Positions 44,787 through 55,941 of a DNA stretch of 64,000 nt are shown piece after piece (the first letter of the stretch is position 1; the number at the start of each line of letters is the position of its first letter). Origin of the DNA: Solirubrobacteraceae bacterium. Its GTDB lineage: Bacteria; Actinomycetota; Thermoleophilia; Solirubrobacterales; Solirubrobacteraceae. A program made the translations under genes and the position numbers. The notes beneath the pieces are model-generated. The model did not search any database and was not told where the DNA came from. It saw only the letters and a program-made list of their open reading frames with translations. The stretch is taken from contig JAWVGM010000072.1 of the NCBI GenBank assembly GCA_033855075.1, positions 21,750-85,749 on the forward strand. Reading direction: 5' to 3'.

Positions 44787-45610
44787 GCGGACACGAGTTC
44801 GACCCGGGACCGATCAGCGAGCCGTTCGCGACGCTCGTGCGCGAGTACCCGGGCACCGAGGTCTACCCGGCCAAGCACTTCCGCGTCGAGTGGGGGCCGA
44901 TCTTCCACCGCGGACGCCTCGACGGGACCGCGCGCGTCCTGATCATGGGCCAGGACCCCGGCCAGCACGAGTCGATCGCCAAGCGCTGCCTCGTCGGCGA
45001 GGCCGGCCAGCGCGTGCAGGGCTTCCTCTCCAAGCTCGGGATCACGCGCAGCTACATCGCCGTCAACGCGTTCCTGTACTCGGTCTTCGGCCAGAACTCC
45101 GGCGAGCAGCACGCCGACGACGAGAAGATCGCCGAGTACCGCAACCGCTGGCTGGATGCGCTGCTGCTCGACTCGCCGATCGACGCCGTCATCTCGTTCG
45201 GCCATCTCGCCGACGGGGCACTGGATCAGTGGCGCAACACTCAGCCGGCGCGCGCGGCCGAGATCCTCTTCAAGGCGCTGACGCACCCGACGATGCCCGA
45301 GGCGGCCGGCAAGGACGATCCCGTCAAGGTCGCCAGCGCGATGAAGACGATGCTGCACCAGTACAACGCGGCGCTGCAGGAACTCGACGGCAAGCTCGGC
45401 GAGCGCGACGAGCAGCGCGAGCTCGTGCTCTACGGCGACACGATCACCCAGGCCGACCGCGCGACGATCCCCGAGGCCGACCTGCCGCTCGGCGCCCCGT
45501 CGTGGTGGTCCGCCCCGCTGCCGTGGGCGGCGCGCGTTGGCAAGACGGTCGACGAGAAGCGCGCGACGGTCGTCGTGACGGTGCCCGAGAGCCTGCGTCC
45601 GTGGGAGTGA
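44783..45610 (+). CDS. uracil-DNA glycosylase superfamily-like protein (atypical motifs)
   Basis: GTG overlaps the amidohydrolase stop (GTGA). RVLIMGQDPGQHE...CLVGEAGQRVQGFLSKLGI...IAVNAFLY...LTHPT parallels UDG motif A, the following helix and motif B. It has a single Cys, so no 4Fe-4S cluster. Confidence 0.6.
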   Translation: MSGHEFDPGPISEPFATLVREYPGTEVYPAKHFRVEWGPIFHRGRLDGTARVLIMGQDPGQHESIAKRCLVGEAGQRVQGFLSKLGITRSYIAVNAFLYSVFGQNSGEQHADDEKIAEYRNRWLDALLLDSPIDAVISFGHLADGALDQWRNTQPARAAEILFKALTHPTMPEAAGKDDPVKVASAMKTMLHQYNAALQELDGKLGERDEQRELVLYGDTITQADRATIPEADLPLGAPSWWSAPLPWAARVGKTVDEKRATVVVTVPESLRPWE

Positions 45611-45643
45611 CCGGCCCCGGGCGCGTAGCCTTGCGCGCGTCCC

Positions 45644-46423
45644 GTGAAGATCGTCACCTGGAACGTCAACTCGCTGAAGATGCGCATGCCGCGCGTGCTC
45701 GAGTTCCTCTCGGAGCACGAGCCGGATGTGCTGCTGCTGCAGGAGACCAAGAGCGAGTCGGCCGCGTTCCCGGACGGCGAGCTCGCGATGGCGGGCTATC
45801 ACGCCGTCCATCACTCGGCCGGGCGCTGGGCGGGCGTGGCGATCGCCGCGCGCGACGAGCTCGAGCTGGCCGATCCGGTCGCAGGCCTGCCGGGCGAGGT
45901 GCAGGCCGACGAGGCGCGCTGGATCGAGGCGACCGTGGGCGGGCTGCGCGTGGCGAGCGTCTACGTCCCCAACGGGCGCGGGCTCGGCACGCCGACGTAC
46001 GAGGAGAAGCTCGCGTTCCTCGACGCGATGGTCACGCGCGCCGGCCAGCTGCGCACGGCCGGTGACGCGGTCGTCATCGGCGGCGACTTCAACGTCGCGC
46101 CGGCTGACATCGACGTCTATGACCCGGCGGCGTTCGCCGGCGGCACGCACGTCACGCCCGAGGAGCGATCGCGCCTGGAGGCGCTCATCGCGACGGGCGG
46201 CCTCGTCGACAGCTTCCGCACGCTGCACCCCGGCGACGTCCAGCACACGTGGTGGGACTACCGCCAGGGCCACTTCCACAAGGGCATGGGCCTGCGCATC
46301 GACCTGCTGCTCGTGAGCGAGGCGCTTGCCGAGGCCATCGAGTCGTGCGGGATGGTGCGCGATTACCGCAAGGGCAAGAAGCCTTCCGATCACGCGCCGC
46401 TCGTGCTCGAGCTCGCGACGTGA
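45644..46423 (+). CDS. xthA: exodeoxyribonuclease III (AP endonuclease)
   Basis: KIVTWNVNSLKMR...DVLLLQETK...GGDFNVAP...PSDHAPLVLEL are canonical EEP/Xth motifs. Confidence 0.9.
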   Translation: MKIVTWNVNSLKMRMPRVLEFLSEHEPDVLLLQETKSESAAFPDGELAMAGYHAVHHSAGRWAGVAIAARDELELADPVAGLPGEVQADEARWIEATVGGLRVASVYVPNGRGLGTPTYEEKLAFLDAMVTRAGQLRTAGDAVVIGGDFNVAPADIDVYDPAAFAGGTHVTPEERSRLEALIATGGLVDSFRTLHPGDVQHTWWDYRQGHFHKGMGLRIDLLLVSEALAEAIESCGMVRDYRKGKKPSDHAPLVLELAT

Positions 46424-46785
46424 GCACCGCCGCGCGCGACGGCCTGGTGCGGCTGCGCGCCGTGCCCACGCTGCCGGTGATCGCCGCGACGTTCGCGATC
46501 CTGTTCGTGCTCGTCTTCGCGGTCGCCGACCCGGTGCGCCGCATCATCGGCTGCGTGCTGATCGCCGGCGTCGCCGGGTACTGCCTGGCGCGGCGGCGGG
46601 GCGGACTGGGCGTGTTCTTCCTCGCCGGCGTGCCCGCCCTGACGTGCACCGTGCTCGACGACGTGTTCGCCTGGCCGCGCTGGACCGGTCTGTGCTTCGC
46701 CCCGTTCGCGCTTGTGCTCGCCTGGTATGAGGACCATCCCGACGAGCCCGACGAGCCCGTTGCCCCCGGCGGCGAGCGGCGCTAG
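46420..46785 (+). CDS. small integral membrane protein (hypothetical)
   Basis: GTG overlaps the xthA stop (GTGA). There are 3-4 hydrophobic segments (LPVIAATFAILFVLVFAV, IIGCVLIAGVAGYCL, VFFLAGVPALTC) and an acidic tail. Confidence 0.5.
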   Translation: MSTAARDGLVRLRAVPTLPVIAATFAILFVLVFAVADPVRRIIGCVLIAGVAGYCLARRRGGLGVFFLAGVPALTCTVLDDVFAWPRWTGLCFAPFALVLAWYEDHPDEPDEPVAPGGERR

Positions 46786-46983
46786 TCCCGCCGCAAACCG
46801 ACCATCGACGTGCGGGGAACGCCACGATGACCAACCAGGGGTCACGCCGCCGCGCACGCTGCTGCAGGGCACGAGCCCGATCCGATCCACTCGACGATCC
46901 TCGAGGAGCTCGCGCTGACGAAGGGCAGGAGCAAGAAGCACGGATCGGGACGCCGTCCGGAGCGGCTGCGAATCTGCCGCTGG

Positions 46984-48149
46984 ATGGCGCCCCTGATCAC
47001 CCGCGACGAGGCTCTGCGGCTCGGTGAGCTCGAGGACCGCACGGAAATCGAGGTCCTGATCGAGCGGGCCTGGCGGGCGCGCGTCGAGCGCTTCGAGGAC
47101 TCGACGGACATGTGCTCGCTCGTCAACGCGAAGTCGGGCGGGTGCGCGCAGGACTGCGGCTTCTGCGCGCAGTCGCGCTTCGCCGAGGCGCAGACGCCGC
47201 TGCACGCGATGATGGAGCCCGAGCAGATCCTCGAGCACGCGCGCGCGGCCGAGGCGGCGGGCGCGCACCGCTTCTGCATGGTCACGCAGGGCCAGGGACT
47301 GTCGAAACGCGACTTCGAGAAGGTGCTCGAGGGAACCCGGCTCGTCGCCGAGCACACGAACCTCAAGCGCTGCGCGTCGATCGGGCACATGTCGCCCACC
47401 CGGGCGAAGGCGCTGAAGGACGCGGGCGTCCAGCGCGTCCACCACAACGTCGAGACCGCGGAGTCCTACTACCCGGAGGTCACGCAGACCGTCCGCTACG
47501 AGGGTCGGCTGCGGACCATCGACGCCGTGCGCGAGGCCGGCCTGGAGACATGTGTCGGCGGCATCCTCAACCTCGGTGAGACGCGCGAGCAGCGCGTCGA
47601 GATGGCCTTCGAGCTCGCGGAGATCGACCCGACCTCGGTGCCGATCAACCTGCTCAACCCGCGCCCGGGCACGAAGTTCGGCGACCGCGAGTACATGGAC
47701 CCGTGGGAGGCCGTGAAGTGGATCGCGATCTTCCGCCTCATCATGCCCGACGCGCTGTTTCGCCTGTGCGGCGGGCGCGTGGAGAATCTCGGCGAGCTGC
47801 AGGCGCTCGCGGTGCGCGCCGGCATCAACGGCGTGATGATGGGCAACTTCCTGACGACGCTCGGCAACACGCCCGAGGAGGACCGGGCGATGTTCGAGGA
47901 GCTCGGCCTGAACGTCGCGCGCCAGCCCGACAACGCCGCGCACCCGCGCCCGGACAACCGCAGCGGGTGGCTCGAGGGCGAGACGCCGGCCGAGGGAGCG
48001 GGCGGCGCCGGCGACGGCGACGTCGCCGAGGAGTTCCGGGGCCTCGAGGTGCGCCTGTGGGATCCGTCGACGCAGCTGCGCTTCGCCCGCAAGGCTCACG
48101 TCCCGGCGCGCCCGGACGGCGCGCCCAACGCCGGGCGGCCCGTCCCGCT

Positions 48150-48153
<4 letters not shown>
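46984..48153 (+). CDS. bioB: biotin synthase (radical SAM) with C-terminal extension
   Basis: CAQDCGFC is the CxxxCxxC motif, with FCMVTQG and YNHNVET-like (VHHNVET) blocks. About 50-60 extra C-terminal residues are rich in Gly, Ala, Pro and Asp. Confidence 0.9.
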
Positions 48154-49369
<1,216 letters not shown>

Positions 49370-49373
<4 letters not shown>

Positions 49374-50059
49374 CCCTGCGCGGCTGCTTCGTCACGGGAA
49401 CCGACACGGGCGCCGGGAAGACGGTCGTCGCCGCGGCGATCGTCGCGGCGCTGCGGGCGCAGGGCGCGACGGTCGCGGCGTTCAAGCCGGTCGTCACCGG
49501 CGTGGGCGCCGACAGCGACGACGACGCCTGGCCGGCCGACCACGAGCTGCTCGCCGGCGCCGCGGGGTGCCGCCCCGAGGACGTCACCGCGCGCACCTTC
49601 GAACCTGCGGTGTCGCCACACCTCGCGGCCGAGCTCGCCGGGACCGAGCTCGTCTTCGGCGACCTCGTCGCCGCGGCGCGGCAGGCGGCGATCGGCGCCG
49701 AGATCCTCGTCGTCGAGGGCGTGGGCGGGTTGCTCGTCCCGTTGAACACCGCGCATGACATCCGCGACCTCGCGGTCGCGCTCGCCCTTCCGCTCGTCAT
49801 CGCCGCACGGCCGGGCCTGGGCACGATCAACCATTCGCTGCTGACGATCGAGGCGGCGCGGGCAGCAGGACTGGATGTGCGCGGCGTCGTGCTCACCCCG
49901 TGGCCGGAGGAGCCGACGGTCATGGAGCGCTCCAACCGCGACACGATCGCGCGCGCGGGCGGCGTCGCCGTTGCCGGGCTGCCGCCGACGAGCCCGGACG
50001 TCGCGGACCTCGCGGCGGCCGGCGCGACGCTCCCGCTGGACGGCTGGCTGGCTCCCTGA
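49370..50059 (+). CDS. bioD: dethiobiotin synthetase
   Basis: TTG overlaps the bioF stop. The P-loop-like CFVTGTDTGAGKT is followed by FKPVVTG and VVEGVGGLLVP. Confidence 0.85.
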
Positions 50060-50082
50060 TCTGCACGGCATAGGATCGCCGC

Positions 50083-51024
50083 ATGGTCCGGCGCTGCGCG
50101 CTGATCCTCGTGGTGCTCGCCGGCACAGCGCTCGCGGTGTCGGGCGCCGGCGCGCACAAGCTGCCCAAGGCGCCGAAGTGCCCGATCTTCCCCACGAGCA
50201 ACCACTTCAACAAGCGCGTCGACGCGCTTGCGGTCGCGGCGAACTCGCCCACGCTCATCGCGTCGATCGGCCTGGATGACCACGTCCACGCGGACTTCGG
50301 CTCGGGCACGTACAACGGCGGGCCGATCGGCATCCCTTACACGGTGGTCAGGCGCAAGCAGTCGAAGGTGCCGGTCTCCTTCGACTACGCCGACGAGTCC
50401 GACGGCTCCAGCTACCCGATCCCCGCGCATGCGCCCATCGAGGGTGGCGCGAATGCCGGCGGCGACCGGCACGTACTCGTCGTCGACCGCGATCGCTGCA
50501 AGCTCTACGAGCTCTACGACGCGCATCCAGCCAACGGCGGCGCGAGCTGGCACGCGGGCTCGGGCGCGATCTTCAACCTCAAGCGCAACAAGCTGCGTCC
50601 GAAGGGCTGGACGTCCGCCGACGCCGCCGGGCTGCCGATCCTGCCCGGGCTCGCGCGCTATGACGAGGTCAAGCGGGGCTCCATCGACCACGCGTTGCGC
50701 TTCACCGCGCGCGAGACACGGCGCGCATACGTCTACCCGGCGCGCCACTTCGCCTCGAGCTCGGACGACCCCTCGCTGCCGCCGATGGGCCTGCGCATCC
50801 GGCTCAAGGCGAGCGCCGATCTCAGCGGCCTGGGCAAGCAGGCGCTCGTCGTGGCCCGCGCGCTGAAGCGCTATGGCGCGCTGCTCGCCGACAACGGCTC
50901 ACCGTGGTACTTCTCGGGCGCGCCGGACAAGCGCTGGAACAACGACGACCTCCATACGCTCGACCAGCTGAAGGGATCGGACTTCGAGGTTGTCGACACG
51001 TCAAGTCTGCCGCATCCGGGGTAG
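50083..51024 (+). CDS. secreted conserved hypothetical protein
   Basis: Signal peptide ([19 protein letters not shown]). Globular sequence of 313 aa with no family recognised. Confidence 0.6.
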   Translation: MVRRCALILVVLAGTALAVSGAGAHKLPKAPKCPIFPTSNHFNKRVDALAVAANSPTLIASIGLDDHVHADFGSGTYNGGPIGIPYTVVRRKQSKVPVSFDYADESDGSSYPIPAHAPIEGGANAGGDRHVLVVDRDRCKLYELYDAHPANGGASWHAGSGAIFNLKRNKLRPKGWTSADAAGLPILPGLARYDEVKRGSIDHALRFTARETRRAYVYPARHFASSSDDPSLPPMGLRIRLKASADLSGLGKQALVVARALKRYGALLADNGSPWYFSGAPDKRWNNDDLHTLDQLKGSDFEVVDTSSLPHPG

Positions 51025-51046
51025 TCCTCATTGGAGCTTTCGCACC

Positions 51047-51378
51047 GCGCGCCAGGCGATGGCCGAGCTGGTCGCACAGGGCAAGATCGGCCACATCGGG
51101 CTCAGCGAGGTGAGCGCCGCCACGCTGCGAGCGGCCTGCGCGGTGCACCCGGTCACCGCACTGCAGAGCGAGTGGTCGCTGTTCACCCGCGGCATCGAGG
51201 AGAGATCGTGCCGACGGCGCGCGAGCTCGGCGTGGGCATCGTCCCGTACAGCCCGATCGGCCGCGGCTTTCTCACCGGCCAGTACGCGTCGATCGCCGCG
51301 CTCGACGACGCGATGCCGATCGGCGCCGCCGCCGGCGACCGCTACCCGGAGGCGTCGATGGGCTCGGTGAAGCGGTAG
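51047..51378 (+). pseudogene. aldo/keto reductase remnant (5'-truncated, frameshifted, 3'-degenerate)
   Basis: Frame A reads [49 protein letters not shown]. Frame B continues [28 protein letters not shown]. The frames join at about 51200-51204, where GAGGAGAG looks like a 1-nt loss from GAGGAGGAG. The N-terminal third or so and the C-terminal part of a normal AKR are absent. Confidence 0.75.
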
Positions 51379-51391
51379 GACCGACCGGCGA

Positions 51392-52714
51392 TCATCGACG
51401 CACATCGCGCAGCCACAACGACACGTGCGCGGGCTGCATCGTGTCTGCCACGACCGCGCGCAGCTCCGCGCTCAACGCGTCGAGCGCCACCTCGTCGCGA
51501 ACCCGGGCTCCGAAGCCCTCCAGCGTGCGCGCCGCGTCGTATCTGTGACGGAAGAACCGGCGGTCCACGAGCCGCTGGATGCGCGAGCGCGCGGGCCGGA
51601 ACGCCGCGGCGACCGCGAGCGTCGACACCGCCACGGCCAGGCCTGAGCCGCCGGTCACAGCGTTGAGCGCGTACTGGAGGACGAGCACCGATACGAGGTA
51701 GGTGACGGCGAGGGAGATCGTCAACGAGGCGTAGACCAGCGTGCGGTTGATGACCCTGTCGATCTCGTACAGGCGGTAGCGCAGGATCGCGATGCCCGTG
51801 CAGACGGGCATGAGCACGAGCGCGAAGACGCCGGGAAGATTTGCCTTGTTCTCCTCCCCGAGGAAGACCGAGGCCGTGGGGACCGGCGCCAGCGCCGACG
51901 CGACGAACGCCACCAGCGCCGAGACGACGGCAAAGGCCACCCACTTGAGCTGCAGGCGCTCGATGCCGGTCGCGCCGCGATAGCGGCGAATCATCGCCAG
52001 CGTCGCGCTGACGAAGGCCACCGGGCCGACGACCGCGCCTGCCTGGTCGACGAGGAACCGCATGACGCTCCCCACGTCACCTCCTATGCCCACAGGGTTC
52101 GTCACCCCGCCAAGGCCCCCCAGGATGCCCGGCCGCAACGCGACTGCAAGCCCACCGCAGAGCAGGCCCAGGCTGATCAAGGTCAGCCCGAGGACCCGCC
52201 AGCGTGGCGAGACGAAGCGGCCGTCCGGGAACACGAAGAACATGGAGACGGGACCGATGAACACGCACGGAACGAACAGAGCCTCCGTGGTCCACGCTGC
52301 GACCCGGGCGCCCGGGAGCGGGGCGAGCGGACCGTAGCGGGCGTAAGCGAAGTAGGCCGCGCCGGCGCCGAGGAGCGCCAGTCCGAGTCCGATCGCGCAG
52401 TAGATCCAGGCGATCCTGTTGCCGGGTCTGCGCGAGCCCACGAGCGCTCCCACGACCGCCCACGCGATCGCGACGGGGGACAGGATGAGGGCCATGGTCA
52501 GTGGATGGCGGGCTCCGCTCGGCGGCGCGCCAAGCGATGTGACGACGGCAAGCGCAGCGCCCGCCAGGCTCAGGGCGACGGAGATGACGCACAGCGACCA
52601 CGCCACCCGTGACGCGGTCCGCAGGTTCACGCGTGCCCCTCTGTCGGAGGAAGCTGCTTCCGTGACCGGCGTGCTCGTAGGAGAACATGGATCAAGGTGG
52701 CCACTGTCGCGCAC
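51392..52714 (-). CDS. polytopic membrane protein, sensor-module-like (no kinase domain)
   Basis: About 10 or more TM segments, followed by LVDRRFFRHRYDAARTLEGFGARVRDEVALDALSAELRAVVADTMQPAHVSLWLR. The start is uncertain, with a possible GTG a few codons downstream. Confidence 0.6.
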   Translation of the reverse strand: MRDSGHLDPCSPTSTPVTEAASSDRGARVNLRTASRVAWSLCVISVALSLAGAALAVVTSLGAPPSGARHPLTMALILSPVAIAWAVVGALVGSRRPGNRIAWIYCAIGLGLALLGAGAAYFAYARYGPLAPLPGARVAAWTTEALFVPCVFIGPVSMFFVFPDGRFVSPRWRVLGLTLISLGLLCGGLAVALRPGILGGLGGVTNPVGIGGDVGSVMRFLVDQAGAVVGPVAFVSATLAMIRRYRGATGIERLQLKWVAFAVVSALVAFVASALAPVPTASVFLGEENKANLPGVFALVLMPVCTGIAILRYRLYEIDRVINRTLVYASLTISLAVTYLVSVLVLQYALNAVTGGSGLAVAVSTLAVAAAFRPARSRIQRLVDRRFFRHRYDAARTLEGFGARVRDEVALDALSAELRAVVADTMQPAHVSLWLRDVRR

Positions 52715-52750
52715 CGGCGTCCGTGCAGCGTTACGAACGAGTCTTTTGCG

Positions 52751-54265
52751 CTACTTCCCATCCGCCGCGAAGTGCACGATCGACGTGTCGATGAGCCATT
52801 CCACCGGCGCGACGTCGTCGGTGTAGACGCGGCCGCCGGCCACGCGCGGGGCGAGGCGGGTCGCCGCGGCTCGTGCAACCGGGCGCAGCTCCGGCGGCAG
52901 CACCGCGACCGCGTGATCGAGGCGCGCTCCGCTCGCCGCCGCGTCGGACGCGAGCAGCACGGTGTTCGTCGGCTGGGACGGATCGCGGCGCACCGTCGGG
53001 AACACCGCGTTCAGCGTGGCGCCGAGCACCTGCTCGAGGCGGTCTGAGTCCTCGGGCTCGCCCACGTTGATGAGCACGACCCCGCCCGGTCGCAGGCGGT
53101 CGCGCGCCAGAGCGAAGAACTCCTTCGTCGCCAGGTAGAACGGGATGTAGGGCTGGCGGTAGGCGTCGACGACGATGACGTCGTAGCGCTCGCCGGTGCG
53201 GCGCAGGAACGGCCGCGCGTCGGCCGTGTGCGTGTGCAGCCGCGGCGCGCGCAGGTCGAAGTAGCGGCGCCCCAGCTTCGTCAGCTCGCCATCGATCTCC
53301 ACGGCGTCGATGCGGGTGCGCGGGAAGTAGTGGCCGTACGCGCGGGCGGTCGTGCCCGCGGCGTTGCCGAGGATCGCGATCGAGCGCGGCGGGCGGTCGC
53401 GCACGGCGAACGGCAGCACGAGCATCTCGTCCCAGTAGTTGTCGGTCAGGTAGGTGTGCGGGTGCCAGACCGAATGAACGGCAAGCCCCTCGTTGAGCTC
53501 GAGCCGGCGACTGCCGTCGGTTTCCTGCACGACGCGCGCGTACTGGTACTCGGTGTCCTTCTCGAAGATGACGCGGCCGCCGTCGGCGGTCTCGCCCTTG
53601 ACGGTCCCCAGTGGGAGCACGAGCAGCGCGAGGAGCAGCGCCGGGGCGAGAACGAAGCGCCGCCTCGCCAGTCCCGCCGCGGCGAGGATCACGAGCGCGA
53701 GACCGAACACGATGAACGTCCTGCGCGTCCCGATGAGCGGGATGAACAGGAGCGCGGACGAGAACGTCCCGAGCAGGCTGCCCACCGTGGAGATCGCGTA
53801 GAGGCGCCCCGATACCGTGCCCGCCTCGGAGATGTCCTTGACCGCAAGCCGCAGCGCGTACGGCGCGACGGCGCCCGACACGAGGATCGGCACGGCAATG
53901 AGGACGGTGACCGCGAGCAGCGAGCCGAGAAACGCGCCCGCCGAGATCGAGTCCAGCGCATCGACCGCCGCGCGGAGGAACGGCTGCGCGACGAACGGCA
54001 CCGCCGCGAGCAGCAGCCCCGAGAGCAGGACGATCCGGTGCAGCCCGGCGAGCGTCGGGTCGCGGTCGGCGAGCCGGCCGCCGTACCAGTAGCCGATCGA
54101 CAGCGCGACGAGCACGACGCCGATCGTGTTCGCCCACACGATCGTCGACGCTCCGAAGTAGGGAGCGAGGAGGCGCGCCGCCGCGATCTCCGCCCCGAGG
54201 ATGCTGAAGCCGACGACGAAGACGATGAGCGCGAGCGGGGGCTCGGGGAGGCGGCGCATGCGCAT
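52751..54265 (-). CDS. fused membrane domain / spermidine-synthase-like (SpeE-fold) protein
   Basis: ATG at 54265 (MRMRRLPEPP). About 7 TM segments are followed by an SpeE-like fold (ILGNAAGTTARAY...AVEIDGEL...DVIVVDAY). The upstream 316 codons of the track ORF are antisense to bioA. Confidence 0.8.
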   Translation of the reverse strand: MRMRRLPEPPLALIVFVVGFSILGAEIAAARLLAPYFGASTIVWANTIGVVLVALSIGYWYGGRLADRDPTLAGLHRIVLLSGLLLAAVPFVAQPFLRAAVDALDSISAGAFLGSLLAVTVLIAVPILVSGAVAPYALRLAVKDISEAGTVSGRLYAISTVGSLLGTFSSALLFIPLIGTRRTFIVFGLALVILAAAGLARRRFVLAPALLLALLVLPLGTVKGETADGGRVIFEKDTEYQYARVVQETDGSRRLELNEGLAVHSVWHPHTYLTDNYWDEMLVLPFAVRDRPPRSIAILGNAAGTTARAYGHYFPRTRIDAVEIDGELTKLGRRYFDLRAPRLHTHTADARPFLRRTGERYDVIVVDAYRQPYIPFYLATKEFFALARDRLRPGGVVLINVGEPEDSDRLEQVLGATLNAVFPTVRRDPSQPTNTVLLASDAAASGARLDHAVAVLPPELRPVARAAATRLAPRVAGGRVYTDDVAPVEWLIDTSIVHFAADGK

Positions 54266-54307
54266 GCGAGCGTATTCGTCCGCCCGCGGTCCTAGGGTCA
54301 GCAGACC

Positions 54308-55606
54308 ATGTCGACAGGGGAGCTCGCAGCGGTGGACAGGCGGGTGCTGTGGCACCCGTTCACCCAGCAGCGCGGATGGAGCGAGGAGCAGCCGCTCATC
54401 ATCGAGCGCGGCCGCGGCTGCACGGTCTACGACACGGACGGAAACGCCTATATCGACGGAGTGTCGTCGCTGTGGTGCAACGTCCACGGGCACTGCCATC
54501 CGGCCATCGACGCTGCGGTCCGCGACCAACTCGGCCGCATCGCGCACACGACGATGCTCGGTCTGTCGCACCCGCCGGCGATCGAGCTGGGGCGCCGGCT
54601 GATCGAGCTCGCCCCGCCCGGCCTGACCCGCGTCTTCTACTCCGACAACGGCTCGACCGCGGCCGAGGTGGCGCTGAAGATGGGCTTCCAGTACTGGCGC
54701 CACCGCGGCGAGACCGAGCGGACCGGCTTCATCTGCATGCGCGACGCTTACCACGGCGACACGATCGGATCGGTCTCGGTCGGCGGCATCGACCTGTTCC
54801 ATGCCTGCTTCGGGCCGTTGCTCTTCGACGCCTGGCAGGCCGAGCCCGGGGACGCCGGCGCGCTGGACGCGCTGCTGACCGAGCACGCCGGCGAGGTCGC
54901 CGCGGTGATCGTCGAGCCGCTCGTGCAGGGCGCGGCCGGCATGCTGCTGCACCCCGACGGCTACCTGCGCGCGGTGCGCGAGCTCTGCGACGCACACGAC
55001 GTCCTGCTCATCTGCGACGAGGTGGCGACCGGCTTCGGGCGCACGGGCACGATGTTCGCCTGCGAGCAGGAGGGCGTCGCGCCGGACCTCATGTGCGTGG
55101 CGAAGGGGCTGACCGGCGGATACATGCCGCTCGCGGCGACGCTCGCCAGCGAGCGCATCTACGAGGCGTTCCTCGGCGAGCACGAGGAGCTCAAGACGTT
55201 CTTCCACGGCCACACGTACACGGGCAACCCGCTGGCGTGCGCGGCGGCCCTCGCGACGCTCGAGATCTTCGAGCGCGAGCAGACGCTCACGGCGCTCGAA
55301 GCGAAGATCGATGTCCTCTCAGAGCTGCTCGACGAGCACGTCGTGCCGCTTGCGTCGGTGCACGAGGTGCGCCAGCGCGGCTTCATGGTCGGCATCGAGC
55401 TCGAGGAGTTCGCGCTCGAGCTGCGCATGGGCCACCAGGTCACGCAGGCGGCCCGCCGGCGCGGCGCGATCGTGCGCCCGCTCGGCGACGTCGTCGTCCT
55501 CATGCCGCCGCTGGCCATCTCGGAGGTGCAGCTGCGCTGCCTCGTGGCGACGACCGCCGCGGGGATCGAGGAGGCCACGGCGCCGGCGCTCAGCGCGGCG
55601 GCGTAA
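54308..55606 (+). CDS. bioA: adenosylmethionine-8-amino-7-oxononanoate aminotransferase
   Basis: VLWHPFTQ...YIDGVSSLWCNVHGH...FYSDNGSTAAEVALKM...ICDEVATGFGRTG...CVAKGLTGGYMPL, which includes the PLP lysine. Confidence 0.9.
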   Translation: MSTGELAAVDRRVLWHPFTQQRGWSEEQPLIIERGRGCTVYDTDGNAYIDGVSSLWCNVHGHCHPAIDAAVRDQLGRIAHTTMLGLSHPPAIELGRRLIELAPPGLTRVFYSDNGSTAAEVALKMGFQYWRHRGETERTGFICMRDAYHGDTIGSVSVGGIDLFHACFGPLLFDAWQAEPGDAGALDALLTEHAGEVAAVIVEPLVQGAAGMLLHPDGYLRAVRELCDAHDVLLICDEVATGFGRTGTMFACEQEGVAPDLMCVAKGLTGGYMPLAATLASERIYEAFLGEHEELKTFFHGHTYTGNPLACAAALATLEIFEREQTLTALEAKIDVLSELLDEHVVPLASVHEVRQRGFMVGIELEEFALELRMGHQVTQAARRRGAIVRPLGDVVVLMPPLAISEVQLRCLVATTAAGIEEATAPALSAAA

Positions 55607-55641
55607 CCGACCGCCGAGCTCGTCGGCCTCCCGCGCGGCTC

Positions 55642-55941
55642 ATGTCGCAGTTCCGCGCGTGCCTTGTGGAAGACACGTTCGTCGCGGCCCGTGAGGCCGC
55701 GGTCGACGTCGACTCGCTCGAGCTCATCGGGGCGCCGCGCCACGTCGTGCTCTGCGTTCGCTGGCCCGAGATCGTGGAGTCCGAGTGGGAGTTCGGGCGG
55801 ATCACGCGGATCGGCGACTTCGTCGAGCGCGAGGCCGCGCTCGCGGCAGCGGGGCTCGGCGAGGATCGGGGGCTGAGTGCGGTCCTGCCGGCGCGGCCCT
55901 TGGTCGCGTGGGCGGGCGCGATCAGTCGTCGTAGGGCGTGA
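55642..55941 (+). CDS. hypothetical protein (99 aa)
   Basis: ATG ORF with protein-like composition for about 70 aa. The 3' end overlaps the convergent rubredoxin gene by 20 nt. Confidence 0.35.
   Translation: MSQFRACLVEDTFVAAREAAVDVDSLELIGAPRHVVLCVRWPEIVESEWEFGRITRIGDFVEREAALAAAGLGEDRGLSAVLPARPLVAWAGAISRRRA

Noticed and set aside
54266-55213. The upstream 316 codons of the 820-aa track ORF 52751-55213. The same applies to 21720-22157 of ORF 19356-22157 and to 34044-34790 of ORF 33252-34790.
   Set aside because: These extensions are antisense to, or overlap, strongly supported genes (bioA, GT4, cupredoxin). They lack protein-like composition, and internal starts with coupling or an RBS give family-typical lengths.
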